A stretch of DNA of 32,000 bases from Candidatus Arthromitus sp. SFB-rat-Yit (GCF_000283555.1 NC_016012.1:180001-212000), one strand, 5' to 3'; numbered from the stretch's first letter, positions 1 through 9,493 are shown. Notes: a model not told the origin generated them from the letters alone. Numbers and translations are program-made.

Positions 1-37
1 CTTACAAGGGGTGCTGTTAAAGCAATATGCTGGCTAA

Positions 38-229
38 ACAATAGATTTTTTGACGCTTTATGAAGAGCACAGCGTTGACCGCCCATATATCAAGAAAAAT
101 TATAAAGAAGTCTTACGCATGATGTTTGAGATGGGATTGATTAGTGCCGTAAATCCAAAGACCAACAAACCTCCTCGAAAAGGTTCGTTTTCGGATGAAA
201 TGCGTATAACTTTTGGAGGTGCTGTATGA
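38..229 (+). CDS. C-terminal fragment of a probable three-Cys-motif partner protein (TcmP-like); 5' end outside the window or frameshifted
   Basis: Open frame ...TIDFLTLYEEHSVDRPYIKKNYKEVLRMMFEMGLISAVNPKTNKPPRKGSFSDEMRITFGGAV* ends at 227-229 and overlaps the next ATG (226) in an ATGA-type junction. Position directly upstream of a DUF5131 gene matches known tcmP/three-Cys pairs. This frame has a TAA at 35-37. Confidence 0.5.
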   Translation, partial: TIDFLTLYEEHSVDRPYIKKNYKEVLRMMFEMGLISAVNPKTNKPPRKGSFSDEMRITFGGAV

Positions 230-879
230 GAACCACTAAGATAGAATGGACTGACAGGACGTGGAATCCAGTAACGGGCTGCACAAAGTTTTCAACTGGA
301 TGCGCTCATTGCTATGCGGAAACAATGGTAAACAGGCTTCGAGCTATGGGCGTTGCAAAGTATGCTAACGGATTTATGCCGACAATGCATGAGGCTTCGT
401 TATACGAACCCATTAAGTGGAAACAACCCCATACCATATTTGTTTGCTCAATGGCCGACCTTTTTCACGATGAAGTGCCACTCGATTTTATTGATAGTGT
501 TATGAATACGATAAGGCAAACACCACGTCATCGTTATCAAATCCTTACAAAACGTGCAGAACGAATGGCTGAGTATTTTACGCGGACTGATATCCCCCAA
601 AATGTGTGGCTCGGAGTAACAGTAGAATCGTCGTCGGTTAAACATCGCATCGAATCGCTCCGCCCTTTGCAAGCCTCCGTTCGATTCCTTTCATGTGAGC
701 CTTTGGTAGAAGATATAGGTGAACTCGACCTTGCGGATGCAGAAGAGCAAGGTGCAGCATTCTTCTTCAAACAGTGGGGCACTTGGGGTTCAGACGGAGT
801 CAAGCGTAATAAGAAAGCTAACGGTAAAGCACTCGATGGCAAAATTATTCAAATGATGCCACAATTGAACATGCGCTAA
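226..879 (+). CDS. DUF5131 / phage Gp37-Gp68 family protein with three-Cys motif
   Basis: 217 aa; characteristic KIEWTDRTWNPVTGCTKFSTGCAHCYAE N-terminus, FVCSMADLFH, FQILTKR-like (YQILTKRAER), NVWLGVTVES and FLSCEPLVEDIG motifs. Confidence 0.93.
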   Translation: MRTTKIEWTDRTWNPVTGCTKFSTGCAHCYAETMVNRLRAMGVAKYANGFMPTMHEASLYEPIKWKQPHTIFVCSMADLFHDEVPLDFIDSVMNTIRQTPRHRYQILTKRAERMAEYFTRTDIPQNVWLGVTVESSSVKHRIESLRPLQASVRFLSCEPLVEDIGELDLADAEEQGAAFFFKQWGTWGSDGVKRNKKANGKALDGKIIQMMPQLNMR

Positions 880-882
880 CTT

Positions 883-925
883 AAACACGTTTTACGAGTT
901 TGAAAATTACAGCAAACGTGTTTTT
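883..925 (+). terminator. Rho-independent terminator after the DUF5131 gene
   Basis: Perfect 10-bp arms AAACACGTTT (883-892) / AAACGTGTTT (914-923) followed by T residues. Confidence 0.7.
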
Positions 926-1139
926 ATAGAAAAGGGATATTGAAGGGTTGGTAATCCATGTAATATACTTTGTGAAGTTAATGACTATAATAAAGAATAT
1001 TATTTATAAAATAGGTTAACTATATTTTATAAATATTAATTAATAGTGAATAAAATAAACAAAATAACCAATAATAATAATTGTTTATTAAGAATTTAAA
1101 ATAATTTTCTTTACATAACTAAAAAAGGAGGAAAGAAGA

Positions 1140-4100
1140 TTGGGGAAAACGGTTAGAAGGTCCAAATGGCTTTCATTATTTTTATGTTTTATATTCGTTT
1201 TTGAGTTTTTGGTTTTTAATTCAAATATAAACGTAAAAGAAGTTAAGGCACAAGAGAGAGCTGCAATACTTGATATAAATTCTATCAGAGTAATAAATTT
1301 TGATTTATCAATCAAAAATCAAGAAGCTATATTTGATTTTAATAATTTTTTAGGGAGTGGAGACAAAATTGAGGAATTTAAACTTAAAAAGGTTGAAGGC
1401 AGTAAAAAAACAGATATAGCAACAAGTGTCGTAGATGATACTAAAAGAAAGTGGAAAGCAAAATTCATTCCAATTAATGGGGATACTTATTTGATAGAGA
1501 TGCTTGCAAATATTGGGGGAGCTCAGAAGAAATTAATTCAAGAGATTTTTTATAACGATTGGAGTTATGGAAAAGAGCCAATAATGAAATATACTCAAAA
1601 AAATAATAAGTATATTGCAGAAGCTGAACTTAATCATAGTTTTATAGATTCTTTCAATGATAATGAAGTAGCAACTATACGTATTGCAGGATTCTCAGTT
1701 ATTAATAAAACTATTAAAGAGATTAAAGATGCTAAGTATAAAATTAGTGTAGAAGATGATAGAGACATATTGGGGAATAATAATGGATTTAATTTTTACT
1801 TTGATATTTTAGATAGAAGATATCACTGGAAATTATTTACAACTATTACTGGAGGCAAACATGACTTTGGTACGGTTGTAATTGATTTAGAGTCTGTAGG
1901 ATTTAAAAATAATACAGATAATATTGATTTTAAGATTAAGTTTAAAGAACATACAACACTTAAAGATAAGACGTTTAATACAAATGATGTGTTTAGAATA
2001 CCAGATTCTAGATATTCTTCATTTAGAGGAACTTATAATACTACTAAAAAAGATGTAACATTTGAGGATGTAAATTTAGGCTTAGGTGGTAAGGTTACGA
2101 TTAGAATTGATCCAAATGATGAAACTAAGCAAAAATTAGAAGGTTTTTTTAGTTTGTTTGTTCCTGGAGAAATGGAGAGATTAAATTGTGATATTAGAAG
2201 TGTTACTGGAGAAGGGAATATTATTAACGTAGATTTGGAACCTATGAAGGCTTTTATACCTAAGATTGATCCAAAGAATAAACTTTATATTTATGAATTA
2301 AGTGATAGTTATTCTAAAGGAACTAAGCTTGGAGAGAAAACGTCTGGAGTGGGTTGGCAAGATTTTAATGAAATTAGATTGAGTAAGAGCTTTGAAAAAG
2401 GAAAAAGTTATTTAGTTGAATTTACAAATGGTACTAAAACAATTTCTAGCTCTTTTGTATATACTCCAATGGAGTTCACAGCATCAGATATGACAGAAAC
2501 ATCCGTAAAATTAAATTGGGCATATCCAAATGGATACAGACCAGTATCTGGTGATAGAGTTGAAATATTTTTGAGAGATAAAGGTAGTAATGGAACTTTT
2601 TCTGTAACTCCAAAGAAAACGTTATCTCACGGATCTAATAGTGTTAATCTTTCGAATACAACTTCAACTGTTATAACAGGAATAGCACCAAGTACCCTAT
2701 ATGAGGCAAAAATTGTTTTATATAATCAAAGGGGAGTTATAGATAGTTTTGTAGAGTTTAATACAAAGCATTTTGGACTTATGAATTTTATTGAAGTTGA
2801 GGGAGCTCAGTATAATGATACTTTCCATAGTGAGGCTTTACCACGTAATAGAAAGGTTAATATAAAGTGGGATTTTCAGCCTTCAAATATGCAGTTTAGT
2901 GAAGGTGATAAGGTTGAAATTTTTATAAAACCGAATGGTAATGCTTCTTTTTCAGGTTATCCAATGAATAATCAGTATTATTCTAATCCAGCGTTTACCG
3001 CTACACAGAATTTAAGTAATGTTAAAAAAGCTGAAATTACTATTCCTAGTTGGGTAAAAAATTACCATGTAGATTTGATTTACACAATAGGTGGTAAGCA
3101 GATAATAACTAGTAAAGATCAAGGACAAAATGGTGAAAATGCTTATAATAGAAGAACTGTATACGCATCACCCGGAATGCCGCCAATGCTAGAGGTTAAG
3201 GATGTTAATCAAACTTCAGCAAAGGTTTCATGGAAAGTAGACCCAGGAAATGAGGATGGTCAATACGAAGCATATAGACCAGAAGAAGGACATTTAGTTA
3301 GATTTCATTTAAAAAAGGTTGCTTCTACTAGTACAGCGACAAATACTTTTGATGATGATATGAAAGTAAAAGAATTTGTTTATGGTACAGATTGGAATTA
3401 TACTGAGGAATATCAAGACTTTGATTTAACTGATCTTGAACCTGATCAGTGGTATAGATTGAGGATACAACATGTGATACAAAAAGATGGGGATTTTGGA
3501 GAGAGTGGTGAAAAGTATTCATCTAACTTTTTTAATTTCAAAACAGAGGCATTTAGTATAAAAACACTCACAGCAGAGAACCAAACAGATGATGCATCAA
3601 AAGTAAAACTTACATGGGAAACTCAAGGTGATGTTGAGTTTGGATCAGAAGATAAACTTGAAGTATTTTTGAAAGATAGTACTAGTTCAGAGTACCCAGA
3701 AACGCCTATAAGCGGTTTGAATTTAACACCAGGAACCTCAAAAGAAGCAACAATAGAAGTTCCAAATTTTAATACTTTGTATAACGCAAAAGTTGAGTAT
3801 ACGTTAAAAGGTAAAAAGATTAGTAAGTATGTTTTAGTTCAAGTTAATGCAGAATTGAGAGTTGAAGTTTCTGATATAAAGAGTAGTAATTCTAGAAATA
3901 GTAATAACTGGACTGCGAAAGTTAAATGGACTTATCCAAATGGATATAAAGAAAGTTCTAGACCAAATGATAAAGTTAAATTAACAGTTACAAAACAGGC
4001 GAATTCTTCTAGAACTTCGGGTTTACCAAATAATGAAGAAATAGCAGTTACGACAAGTGAAAAAGAGATAACAGGACTTGAGGAAAATGCGATCTATGAT

Positions 4101-6956
4101 GTTACTCTTGCATTCCTAAATGGACAAAATAAAACTGAAGTTTATACCGTGTCAACTAACTTTAAAGCAACCAATGATCTACAAATTGTAGGACTTAATA
4201 CATCAAATGTTAAAACTAAAACAGGTACTATAAATTGGAGCTTTGCACCAACTGAAAAAGAGTTTACTGATGGTGATAAGGTAGAAGTATTTATAAAGGA
4301 TAGTTCTAAAAAGTCAAGGAGTGGAGATGATCTTACAAATTTCACTAAGATTTATACCATGAATCATGGAAGTAGTTCTAGAAGTGTAGATGAAGGTATT
4401 GTAGAACTTGCAGATGATCCACAGCACTCACAGCATGTTGAGAAAACAGGTCCTATTAAAGATTTTAAATCTCTAGATTTAAAGAATCTAGGGACTAATA
4501 AAGAGTACACTCTAAAAGTTAAATACACTATGAATGTAGCATCAACTGTATCAGAGCAAGGAATAGATGCTCAAAATGGAACACCTAAAACTTCAGAAGC
4601 AGAAGTAGTCCTTAAAACAAAAGTTGATGAGCTTAAAGCAACGGTTTATGTATCAAATCAAACTTCAGCAACCTTTGGATGGGAGTATCCGCCAGAGTAT
4701 CAGCTTCAGGATGGAGATAAAATAGAAATCTTTGTTAAAGAAATTCAAAATGAAAGCCAGCAAACAAGGGATAATGGAATTACCACAGATTATGGTTCTG
4801 CACTTCTTACTTTAACTCATGCAGCAAACGTTAATGAAGATAAAGGCAAGTATGATATGAACGAGGTTACAGCAGTTGATGTATCAGGATTAACTCCAGA
4901 GAGGAAATATAAATCAAAAATTAAATTTACAATGGGTACTGGAGATGATGCTTATTCTATAGAAAAAGAAGTTGATATATCAACAAAATCATTTGAAATA
5001 AAATCATTTGAGATGGATAGCTATCAAGAATACGATATACTTGTTAACTGGGCTATAGAACCTGAAGGAATGAAATTTAACCCAGCAGATACATTGAAGA
5101 TATTCGTAAAGCTTGCAAGTGAAAATGACTATCCAAGTGATCCAGAATATAGTTTATCTTATGAAGAAAATCAAGCAGGTAAGAGCATAGAGAATACGTT
5201 TAGCGATTATGTACTTGCGAAATCTCTTGGAGTAGATCAGAAAATGAAACTAGAGTATAAAGTTGGAGATAGAACTTATGAAAAAGAATTGGAGTTTAAT
5301 AATAAGATAAACCCAATGAAGGCAGAAGCAACTGAAGTTAATGAAACGAGAGCTTTAGTAAGTATTACTCTTCCAGATAACTATGAATTTGTTAATGGCG
5401 ATAAGTTGTTAATATATGCAAAAGATGAATTTTCTGATGGAGAAGTAATAGATGATTATAATTTAGTATTTGAGGGAGTTCAATCAGATGACAATAACAT
5501 ATCTGATATGACTTTAATTGAACTTAGCTATTTACTTCCTGAAGCGAGATATGACATGGCAGTTGCACTTGATTTAGAAGATGGTCAGGTAGATCCTGTT
5601 ACATTTGATTTGACAACAGGAGCACTTAGTCTTTCTGATATAAAACTTGAGCAGCTTAAATATAACGATGCACTTATATCATGGAATTATGGTAAAAATA
5701 AGGTAGATTTCTTTGAAGATTCTGATTATAGCATGACAGATAAATTAATAATAGCTCATAAAGAATCAGATGGAACACCAATGCCTAATGATATTAACTT
5801 ATTAAAACAATTATCAAATACAGAATATTTGGGAGAAAAAATTAGCTCTGTATCTGATGCGAGTATAAAAATTGAAGACCCATCAAAAGATTATGACGTT
5901 GCTGTTTGTTATGACCTCGGCGGACTTTTATATATGAAAACATTTAAGGCATCATATTTATCAGCATCAATTGATGAGTCTCAAATAACAAAAGATGGGG
6001 CAAAAATTACATGGAAATATCCAAGTAATATAACTTTTGGAGATAGTGATAAAACAGAAGTATTTGTAAGAAAAACAGATGAAACAAATTACCCAGATTC
6101 ACCTTCTTTAACATCAAGTGGATCAGGAACAACATCAGGAGAATTAACAGGATTAGAAGGTGGAATATCTTATACAGCAAAAGTTCAAATAACTAAAGAA
6201 GGACTTCAAATAGATCCATTTGAAGTAACTTTTGAAACTGAGAAAGCATTTGAAGAAGAAATAATAATTGAAGAAATACCTAGTGATATTCAAGGAACTT
6301 CAGCAGAGTTTATAATACCAGTAGAACTCCCAGTTGATACAGGAGGAACTATTATGCTTAGTATGGGAGATGAAGCTTATCAAGGATTCACAGCTACATT
6401 TAATGCGGATGGATCAGGATTTACAATAGCACCAACAATACCGAAGAAAAAGTACACTAATATTGAATTGGAAATTCCACTTGAAGATGGATATACTCAT
6501 AAAATTGTAATTCCTGAGTTTACAACTCAGCCTGAAGATGTAGCACAAGATTGGTTAAGTAACGCATATTGGTTTGCATTTGAGAGATTCCCAGATGAGG
6601 AAGGATACAATTATTGGTATGCTCATAGGATGAAACCAAAAACATTAAATGGTGAGTATTTCCTCAAAAATTTAATGTTCGCAGAAGATGAGTTTACAAA
6701 TAGAAACTTATCAGATAATGATCTTATAGCAGCTTTATATCAAATAGTTGTTAACAGGGAATACGATCAAGGAGGACTTGAATTCTGGATAGGAATATAT
6801 AACGAGAATCTCCAGAATGCTCAAGGAAATAAAAAGCTTGCACAAGAAGTTTTGGTTGATAGAATGGTTCACGAGCCTGAATTTGGAAAGCTTTGTGATA
6901 AAGTTGGAATATTCTGGAGACAAATGGACCAAGATGCAGCAGGAGTAGTTGCATAA
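1140..6956 (+). CDS. Large secreted multi-domain surface protein with repeated FN3/Ig-like modules and C-terminal DUF4214-like domain
   Basis: 1938 aa; TTG start with aaaaaggagg upstream; N-terminal signal-peptide-like MGKTVRRSKWLSLFLCFIFVFEFLVFNS...KEVKAQ; recurring W-x(n)-GDK(V/I/L)EIF(I/V)K modules; C-terminus WLSNAYWFAFERFPDEEGYNYWY...ALYQIVVNREYDQGGLEFWI resembles DUF4214. Confidence 0.85.
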   Translation: MGKTVRRSKWLSLFLCFIFVFEFLVFNSNINVKEVKAQERAAILDINSIRVINFDLSIKNQEAIFDFNNFLGSGDKIEEFKLKKVEGSKKTDIATSVVDDTKRKWKAKFIPINGDTYLIEMLANIGGAQKKLIQEIFYNDWSYGKEPIMKYTQKNNKYIAEAELNHSFIDSFNDNEVATIRIAGFSVINKTIKEIKDAKYKISVEDDRDILGNNNGFNFYFDILDRRYHWKLFTTITGGKHDFGTVVIDLESVGFKNNTDNIDFKIKFKEHTTLKDKTFNTNDVFRIPDSRYSSFRGTYNTTKKDVTFEDVNLGLGGKVTIRIDPNDETKQKLEGFFSLFVPGEMERLNCDIRSVTGEGNIINVDLEPMKAFIPKIDPKNKLYIYELSDSYSKGTKLGEKTSGVGWQDFNEIRLSKSFEKGKSYLVEFTNGTKTISSSFVYTPMEFTASDMTETSVKLNWAYPNGYRPVSGDRVEIFLRDKGSNGTFSVTPKKTLSHGSNSVNLSNTTSTVITGIAPSTLYEAKIVLYNQRGVIDSFVEFNTKHFGLMNFIEVEGAQYNDTFHSEALPRNRKVNIKWDFQPSNMQFSEGDKVEIFIKPNGNASFSGYPMNNQYYSNPAFTATQNLSNVKKAEITIPSWVKNYHVDLIYTIGGKQIITSKDQGQNGENAYNRRTVYASPGMPPMLEVKDVNQTSAKVSWKVDPGNEDGQYEAYRPEEGHLVRFHLKKVASTSTATNTFDDDMKVKEFVYGTDWNYTEEYQDFDLTDLEPDQWYRLRIQHVIQKDGDFGESGEKYSSNFFNFKTEAFSIKTLTAENQTDDASKVKLTWETQGDVEFGSEDKLEVFLKDSTSSEYPETPISGLNLTPGTSKEATIEVPNFNTLYNAKVEYTLKGKKISKYVLVQVNAELRVEVSDIKSSNSRNSNNWTAKVKWTYPNGYKESSRPNDKVKLTVTKQANSSRTSGLPNNEEIAVTTSEKEITGLEENAIYDVTLAFLNGQNKTEVYTVSTNFKATNDLQIVGLNTSNVKTKTGTINWSFAPTEKEFTDGDKVEVFIKDSSKKSRSGDDLTNFTKIYTMNHGSSSRSVDEGIVELADDPQHSQHVEKTGPIKDFKSLDLKNLGTNKEYTLKVKYTMNVASTVSEQGIDAQNGTPKTSEAEVVLKTKVDELKATVYVSNQTSATFGWEYPPEYQLQDGDKIEIFVKEIQNESQQTRDNGITTDYGSALLTLTHAANVNEDKGKYDMNEVTAVDVSGLTPERKYKSKIKFTMGTGDDAYSIEKEVDISTKSFEIKSFEMDSYQEYDILVNWAIEPEGMKFNPADTLKIFVKLASENDYPSDPEYSLSYEENQAGKSIENTFSDYVLAKSLGVDQKMKLEYKVGDRTYEKELEFNNKINPMKAEATEVNETRALVSITLPDNYEFVNGDKLLIYAKDEFSDGEVIDDYNLVFEGVQSDDNNISDMTLIELSYLLPEARYDMAVALDLEDGQVDPVTFDLTTGALSLSDIKLEQLKYNDALISWNYGKNKVDFFEDSDYSMTDKLIIAHKESDGTPMPNDINLLKQLSNTEYLGEKISSVSDASIKIEDPSKDYDVAVCYDLGGLLYMKTFKASYLSASIDESQITKDGAKITWKYPSNITFGDSDKTEVFVRKTDETNYPDSPSLTSSGSGTTSGELTGLEGGISYTAKVQITKEGLQIDPFEVTFETEKAFEEEIIIEEIPSDIQGTSAEFIIPVELPVDTGGTIMLSMGDEAYQGFTATFNADGSGFTIAPTIPKKKYTNIELEIPLEDGYTHKIVIPEFTTQPEDVAQDWLSNAYWFAFERFPDEEGYNYWYAHRMKPKTLNGEYFLKNLMFAEDEFTNRNLSDNDLIAALYQIVVNREYDQGGLEFWIGIYNENLQNAQGNKKLAQEVLVDRMVHEPEFGKLCDKVGIFWRQMDQDAAGVVA
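2480..6300 (+). repeat. About 11 diverged ~100-120 aa tandem modules inside the large surface protein
   Basis: Recurring core (K/T)(I/V)xW...(F)x(D/E)GDK(V/I/L)(E/K)(I/V)F(I/V)K: GDRVEIFLRD, GDKVEIFIKP, EDKLEVFLKD, NDKVKLTVTK, GDKVEVFIKD, GDKIEIFVKE, ADTLKIFVKL, GDKLLIYAKD, TDKLIIAHKE, SDKTEVFVRK. Confidence 0.8.
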
Positions 6957-6960
6957 AATA

Positions 6961-6990
6961 AAAGTGGTAGAAAGTTTCTACCACTTTTTT
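6961..6990 (+). terminator. Rho-independent terminator of the large surface-protein gene
   Basis: AAAGTGGTAGA-AAGTT-TCTACCACTTT followed by TTT. Confidence 0.9.
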
Positions 6991-7073
6991 ATATATATAA
7001 ATTACTCTTTTTAAACTGTGAATTTTATATTATAATGTGATTGGTTGAACATAAAAGGAGAGTTTAATTTATT

Positions 7074-8537
7074 ATGAACAATAGAAAACAAATATCTAAA
7101 ATCGCATTACTTCTTATGACATTCTCTGCAATTTTTAATTTCTCAAATATAATAAATAATAGCATACAAATAGGACTTGCTAACATATCCGGATATTTAT
7201 TCTCAACTATAGTTTATTTTATTCCGATTACATTTATGGTAGCTGAATTTGTATCTATAAATAAAGAAAGTGAATCAGGTATACATAGTTGGATAAAAAC
7301 GTCTTTGGGAGATAAATGGGCTTTCTTGGGTGCTTGGTCTTACTTTTTTGCAAATTTATTTTATTTTACATCGCTAATTCCAAACACTTTAATATATGCA
7401 TCATACACTTTTTTTGGAAGAAACCTCTTTGAAGGAAATAGTAAGAGTACTCTTGTTTTAGCTATATCTAGTGTTGTACTTTTCTGGATTGGAACTTATA
7501 TATCAATAAGAGGAGTAAAAGTTTTATCAAAGGTTACAAACATTGCAGGTGTGGCAAAAATGCTAATGGGAATTTTGTTTATAATATTAGCTTTTGTGTT
7601 TGTATTTGCAATGAAAAAACCCCCAGCACAAGAGTTTACGGTTGAAACACTTACTCCAAAATTTGACTGGACATTTTTCATGGTTATGGCATGGATACTC
7701 CAATCACTTGGGGGATCTGAAAGCACTGGGGTATATGTTAAGGATACAAAAGGAGGAATAAAGTCCTTTATAAAGACAATAATTACAGCTGTTATTTTAG
7801 TTGGGGGAATTTATACATTAGCGTGCGTTGCTATAGGACTTGTAGTTCCGAGAGAAGTTTTAGAAAATAATTATTCAAATGGAATATTTAATGTCTTTTC
7901 TATTTTAGGAGGACATTTTGGGATATCAAATATAATAATGAATAGATTCATAGGTCTAATACTTTTGTTATCCAATCTTGGATCACTTGTTATATGGACA
8001 TCTGTCCCTGTTAAAGCTCTGTTTTCTGAAATACCTGAGGGAGTGTTTGGAACTTGGGTTGCTAAGACTGATGAACTTGGAACTCCATATAATGCATTGA
8101 AAGCTCAGGCTATTATAGTTACGATTTTACTACTCATACCGGGGATTGGTATTGGATCACTTGAGAGTTTCCTTGAAACAGTTATAAATATGACGGCTGC
8201 GACTTATCTCATCCCTATACTTTTCTTACTTATTGCATATATTGTTTTAAGACTTAAGAAGAATAATATTGATAGAGAGTTTAAGATGGGAAATAGAGGA
8301 TTTGGAATATTTATGGGAATAATATTATTTTTCATATTAATATTTGTTATATTCATGTCTATATTCCCAGAACCATCTTTAATTATTGATGCTATGAATG
8401 GAATTATACCAGATGGGGAAGGAAATCCTATACTTATATGTGCATATAAAGTTTTGGGTCTTTTTATATTTATATGGTTTGCACTTATATGTTGGGGTAG
8501 ACATTCTAAAAATAAATTTAATAAAGGTAAAAATTAA
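7074..8537 (+). CDS. APC-superfamily amino-acid permease, YjeM-like (glutamate/GABA antiporter family)
   Basis: 487 aa, ~12 hydrophobic segments; GLANISGYLFSTIVYFIPITFMVAEFVSI...GIHSWIKTSLGDKWAFLGAWSYFF resembles the YjeM family. Confidence 0.8.
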   Translation: MNNRKQISKIALLLMTFSAIFNFSNIINNSIQIGLANISGYLFSTIVYFIPITFMVAEFVSINKESESGIHSWIKTSLGDKWAFLGAWSYFFANLFYFTSLIPNTLIYASYTFFGRNLFEGNSKSTLVLAISSVVLFWIGTYISIRGVKVLSKVTNIAGVAKMLMGILFIILAFVFVFAMKKPPAQEFTVETLTPKFDWTFFMVMAWILQSLGGSESTGVYVKDTKGGIKSFIKTIITAVILVGGIYTLACVAIGLVVPREVLENNYSNGIFNVFSILGGHFGISNIIMNRFIGLILLLSNLGSLVIWTSVPVKALFSEIPEGVFGTWVAKTDELGTPYNALKAQAIIVTILLLIPGIGIGSLESFLETVINMTAATYLIPILFLLIAYIVLRLKKNNIDREFKMGNRGFGIFMGIILFFILIFVIFMSIFPEPSLIIDAMNGIIPDGEGNPILICAYKVLGLFIFIWFALICWGRHSKNKFNKGKN

Positions 8538-8568
8538 AAAGCTATGGTGATTTTTTCATAGCTTTATT
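8538..8568 (+). terminator. Rho-independent terminator of permease gene
   Basis: AAAGCTATG (8538-8546) / CATAGCTTT (8557-8565). Confidence 0.8.
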
Positions 8569-8653
8569 TGTTTTTAAATTAAAAATAATTTAAAATAGTG
8601 TATTAAATTAGGTTAATTAGGAAATGAATAGATTTAAGGACTAGGAGAGAGTT

Positions 8654-8904
8654 ATGAGTAGAAAAATTATACTTAATTTAGCTATGAGCCTTGATGTATA
8701 TATTGATAAAGAAAATGGAGATTATGTAATATTCATTTTATAGATGGAGATATAGTTGATTAGTATATTATAGAAATTATACTAGTTATACTTTGGAAGG
8801 GTAAGAGATTTTTTATTCAGAAAAATTATATTTCTCTCAAATTAAAATTAATTAAGTATTTTGTTGATGGTGGAATTTTGATATTAGAATATGTAAGGTG
8901 TTAA
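8654..8904 (+). pseudogene. Decayed RibD-C / dihydrofolate-reductase-family gene
   Basis: Good RBS (aggagag) then ATG: MSRKIILNLAMSLDVYIDKENGDYVIFIL* (stop 8741-8743) matches the usual N-terminus of the family (kivLnlAmSLDGYIA). A different frame ends ...LKLKLIKYFVDGGILILEYVRC* (stop 8902-8904), matching the typical C-terminal part. Total length is far shorter than a normal ~180-aa family member. Confidence 0.7.
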
Positions 8905-8932
8905 ATAATTTTTAGAAAGGAAGCTTGTTTAA

Positions 8933-9424
8933 TTGTTAAGAAGAGCAACTATTCAAGATTTGCATAAAATAGAATATGTTTTTGAGGAAGCATTAGAAGA
9001 AATGAGACAAAATGGATGTGATGACTTTCAAATTGAATATCTAGGAGAGGATGCTTTTAAATATGGAATAGAAAACGGGTATATTTATTTAAAAGGTATA
9101 GGCACGGATATAGGAGGTTTTATATTTATAAGTAGTAACGAAATATTGAATTCATCTCATATAAAATGGAGTAAGAATGTAACAGGTACCTCTTTTCATA
9201 GTATAACTATTAATAAAGATTATAAAGATAGAGGAATTGAAGAAGAATTAATATTTCTTGTGGAAGATATATCAAGAAAGTATAGATTAAATTATGTTAG
9301 AGGATGTGTATGTGAATTAAATACACATACATTAAATGTAATGGATAAACTTAATTATAGATTTGTTGGATATATTAAGGAAAATATAAAATATCCTTTT
9401 CGCTGTTATGAAAAAGTTTTGTAA
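8933..9424 (+). CDS. GNAT family N-acetyltransferase
   Basis: 163 aa, MLRRATIQDLHKI start, acetyl-CoA-binding region YKDRGIEEELIFLVE, C-terminal ELNTHTLNVMDKLNYRFVGYI; TTG start. Confidence 0.8.
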   Translation: MLRRATIQDLHKIEYVFEEALEEMRQNGCDDFQIEYLGEDAFKYGIENGYIYLKGIGTDIGGFIFISSNEILNSSHIKWSKNVTGTSFHSITINKDYKDRGIEEELIFLVEDISRKYRLNYVRGCVCELNTHTLNVMDKLNYRFVGYIKENIKYPFRCYEKVL

Positions 9425-9456
9425 AACCTGTTGAAATATTTCAATAGGTTTTTTTA
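9423..9456 (+). terminator. Rho-independent terminator after GNAT gene
   Basis: AAAACCTGTTGAAAT / ATTTCAATAGGTTTTTTT with one G-U pair. Confidence 0.85.
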
Positions 9457-9493
9457 TATGATAAAATGGTATTAGATAAGGAGGGGTTACATT

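Noticed and set aside
448-842. Minus-strand ORFs 448-672 and 537-842
   Set aside because: They lie antisense inside the conserved DUF5131 gene and show no family motifs.
1088-1315. Minus-strand ORF overlapping the 5' end of the large surface-protein gene
   Set aside because: It overlaps the promoter, RBS and signal-peptide coding region of a much longer, well supported gene; composition is low-complexity AT.
2480-6300. CRISPR or microsatellite-like explanation for the surface-protein repeats
   Set aside because: The repetition is at protein level only (~100-120 aa units with low nucleotide identity), not short identical DNA repeats with spacers.
3328-6984. Minus-strand ORFs 3328-3522, 4142-4345, 6735-6932 and 6751-6984
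   Set aside because: They are short antisense frames inside or at the end of the large surface-protein gene, expected by chance.
7496-7726. Minus-strand ORF in the permease gene
   Set aside because: Antisense to conserved transmembrane coding sequence; no RBS or motif.
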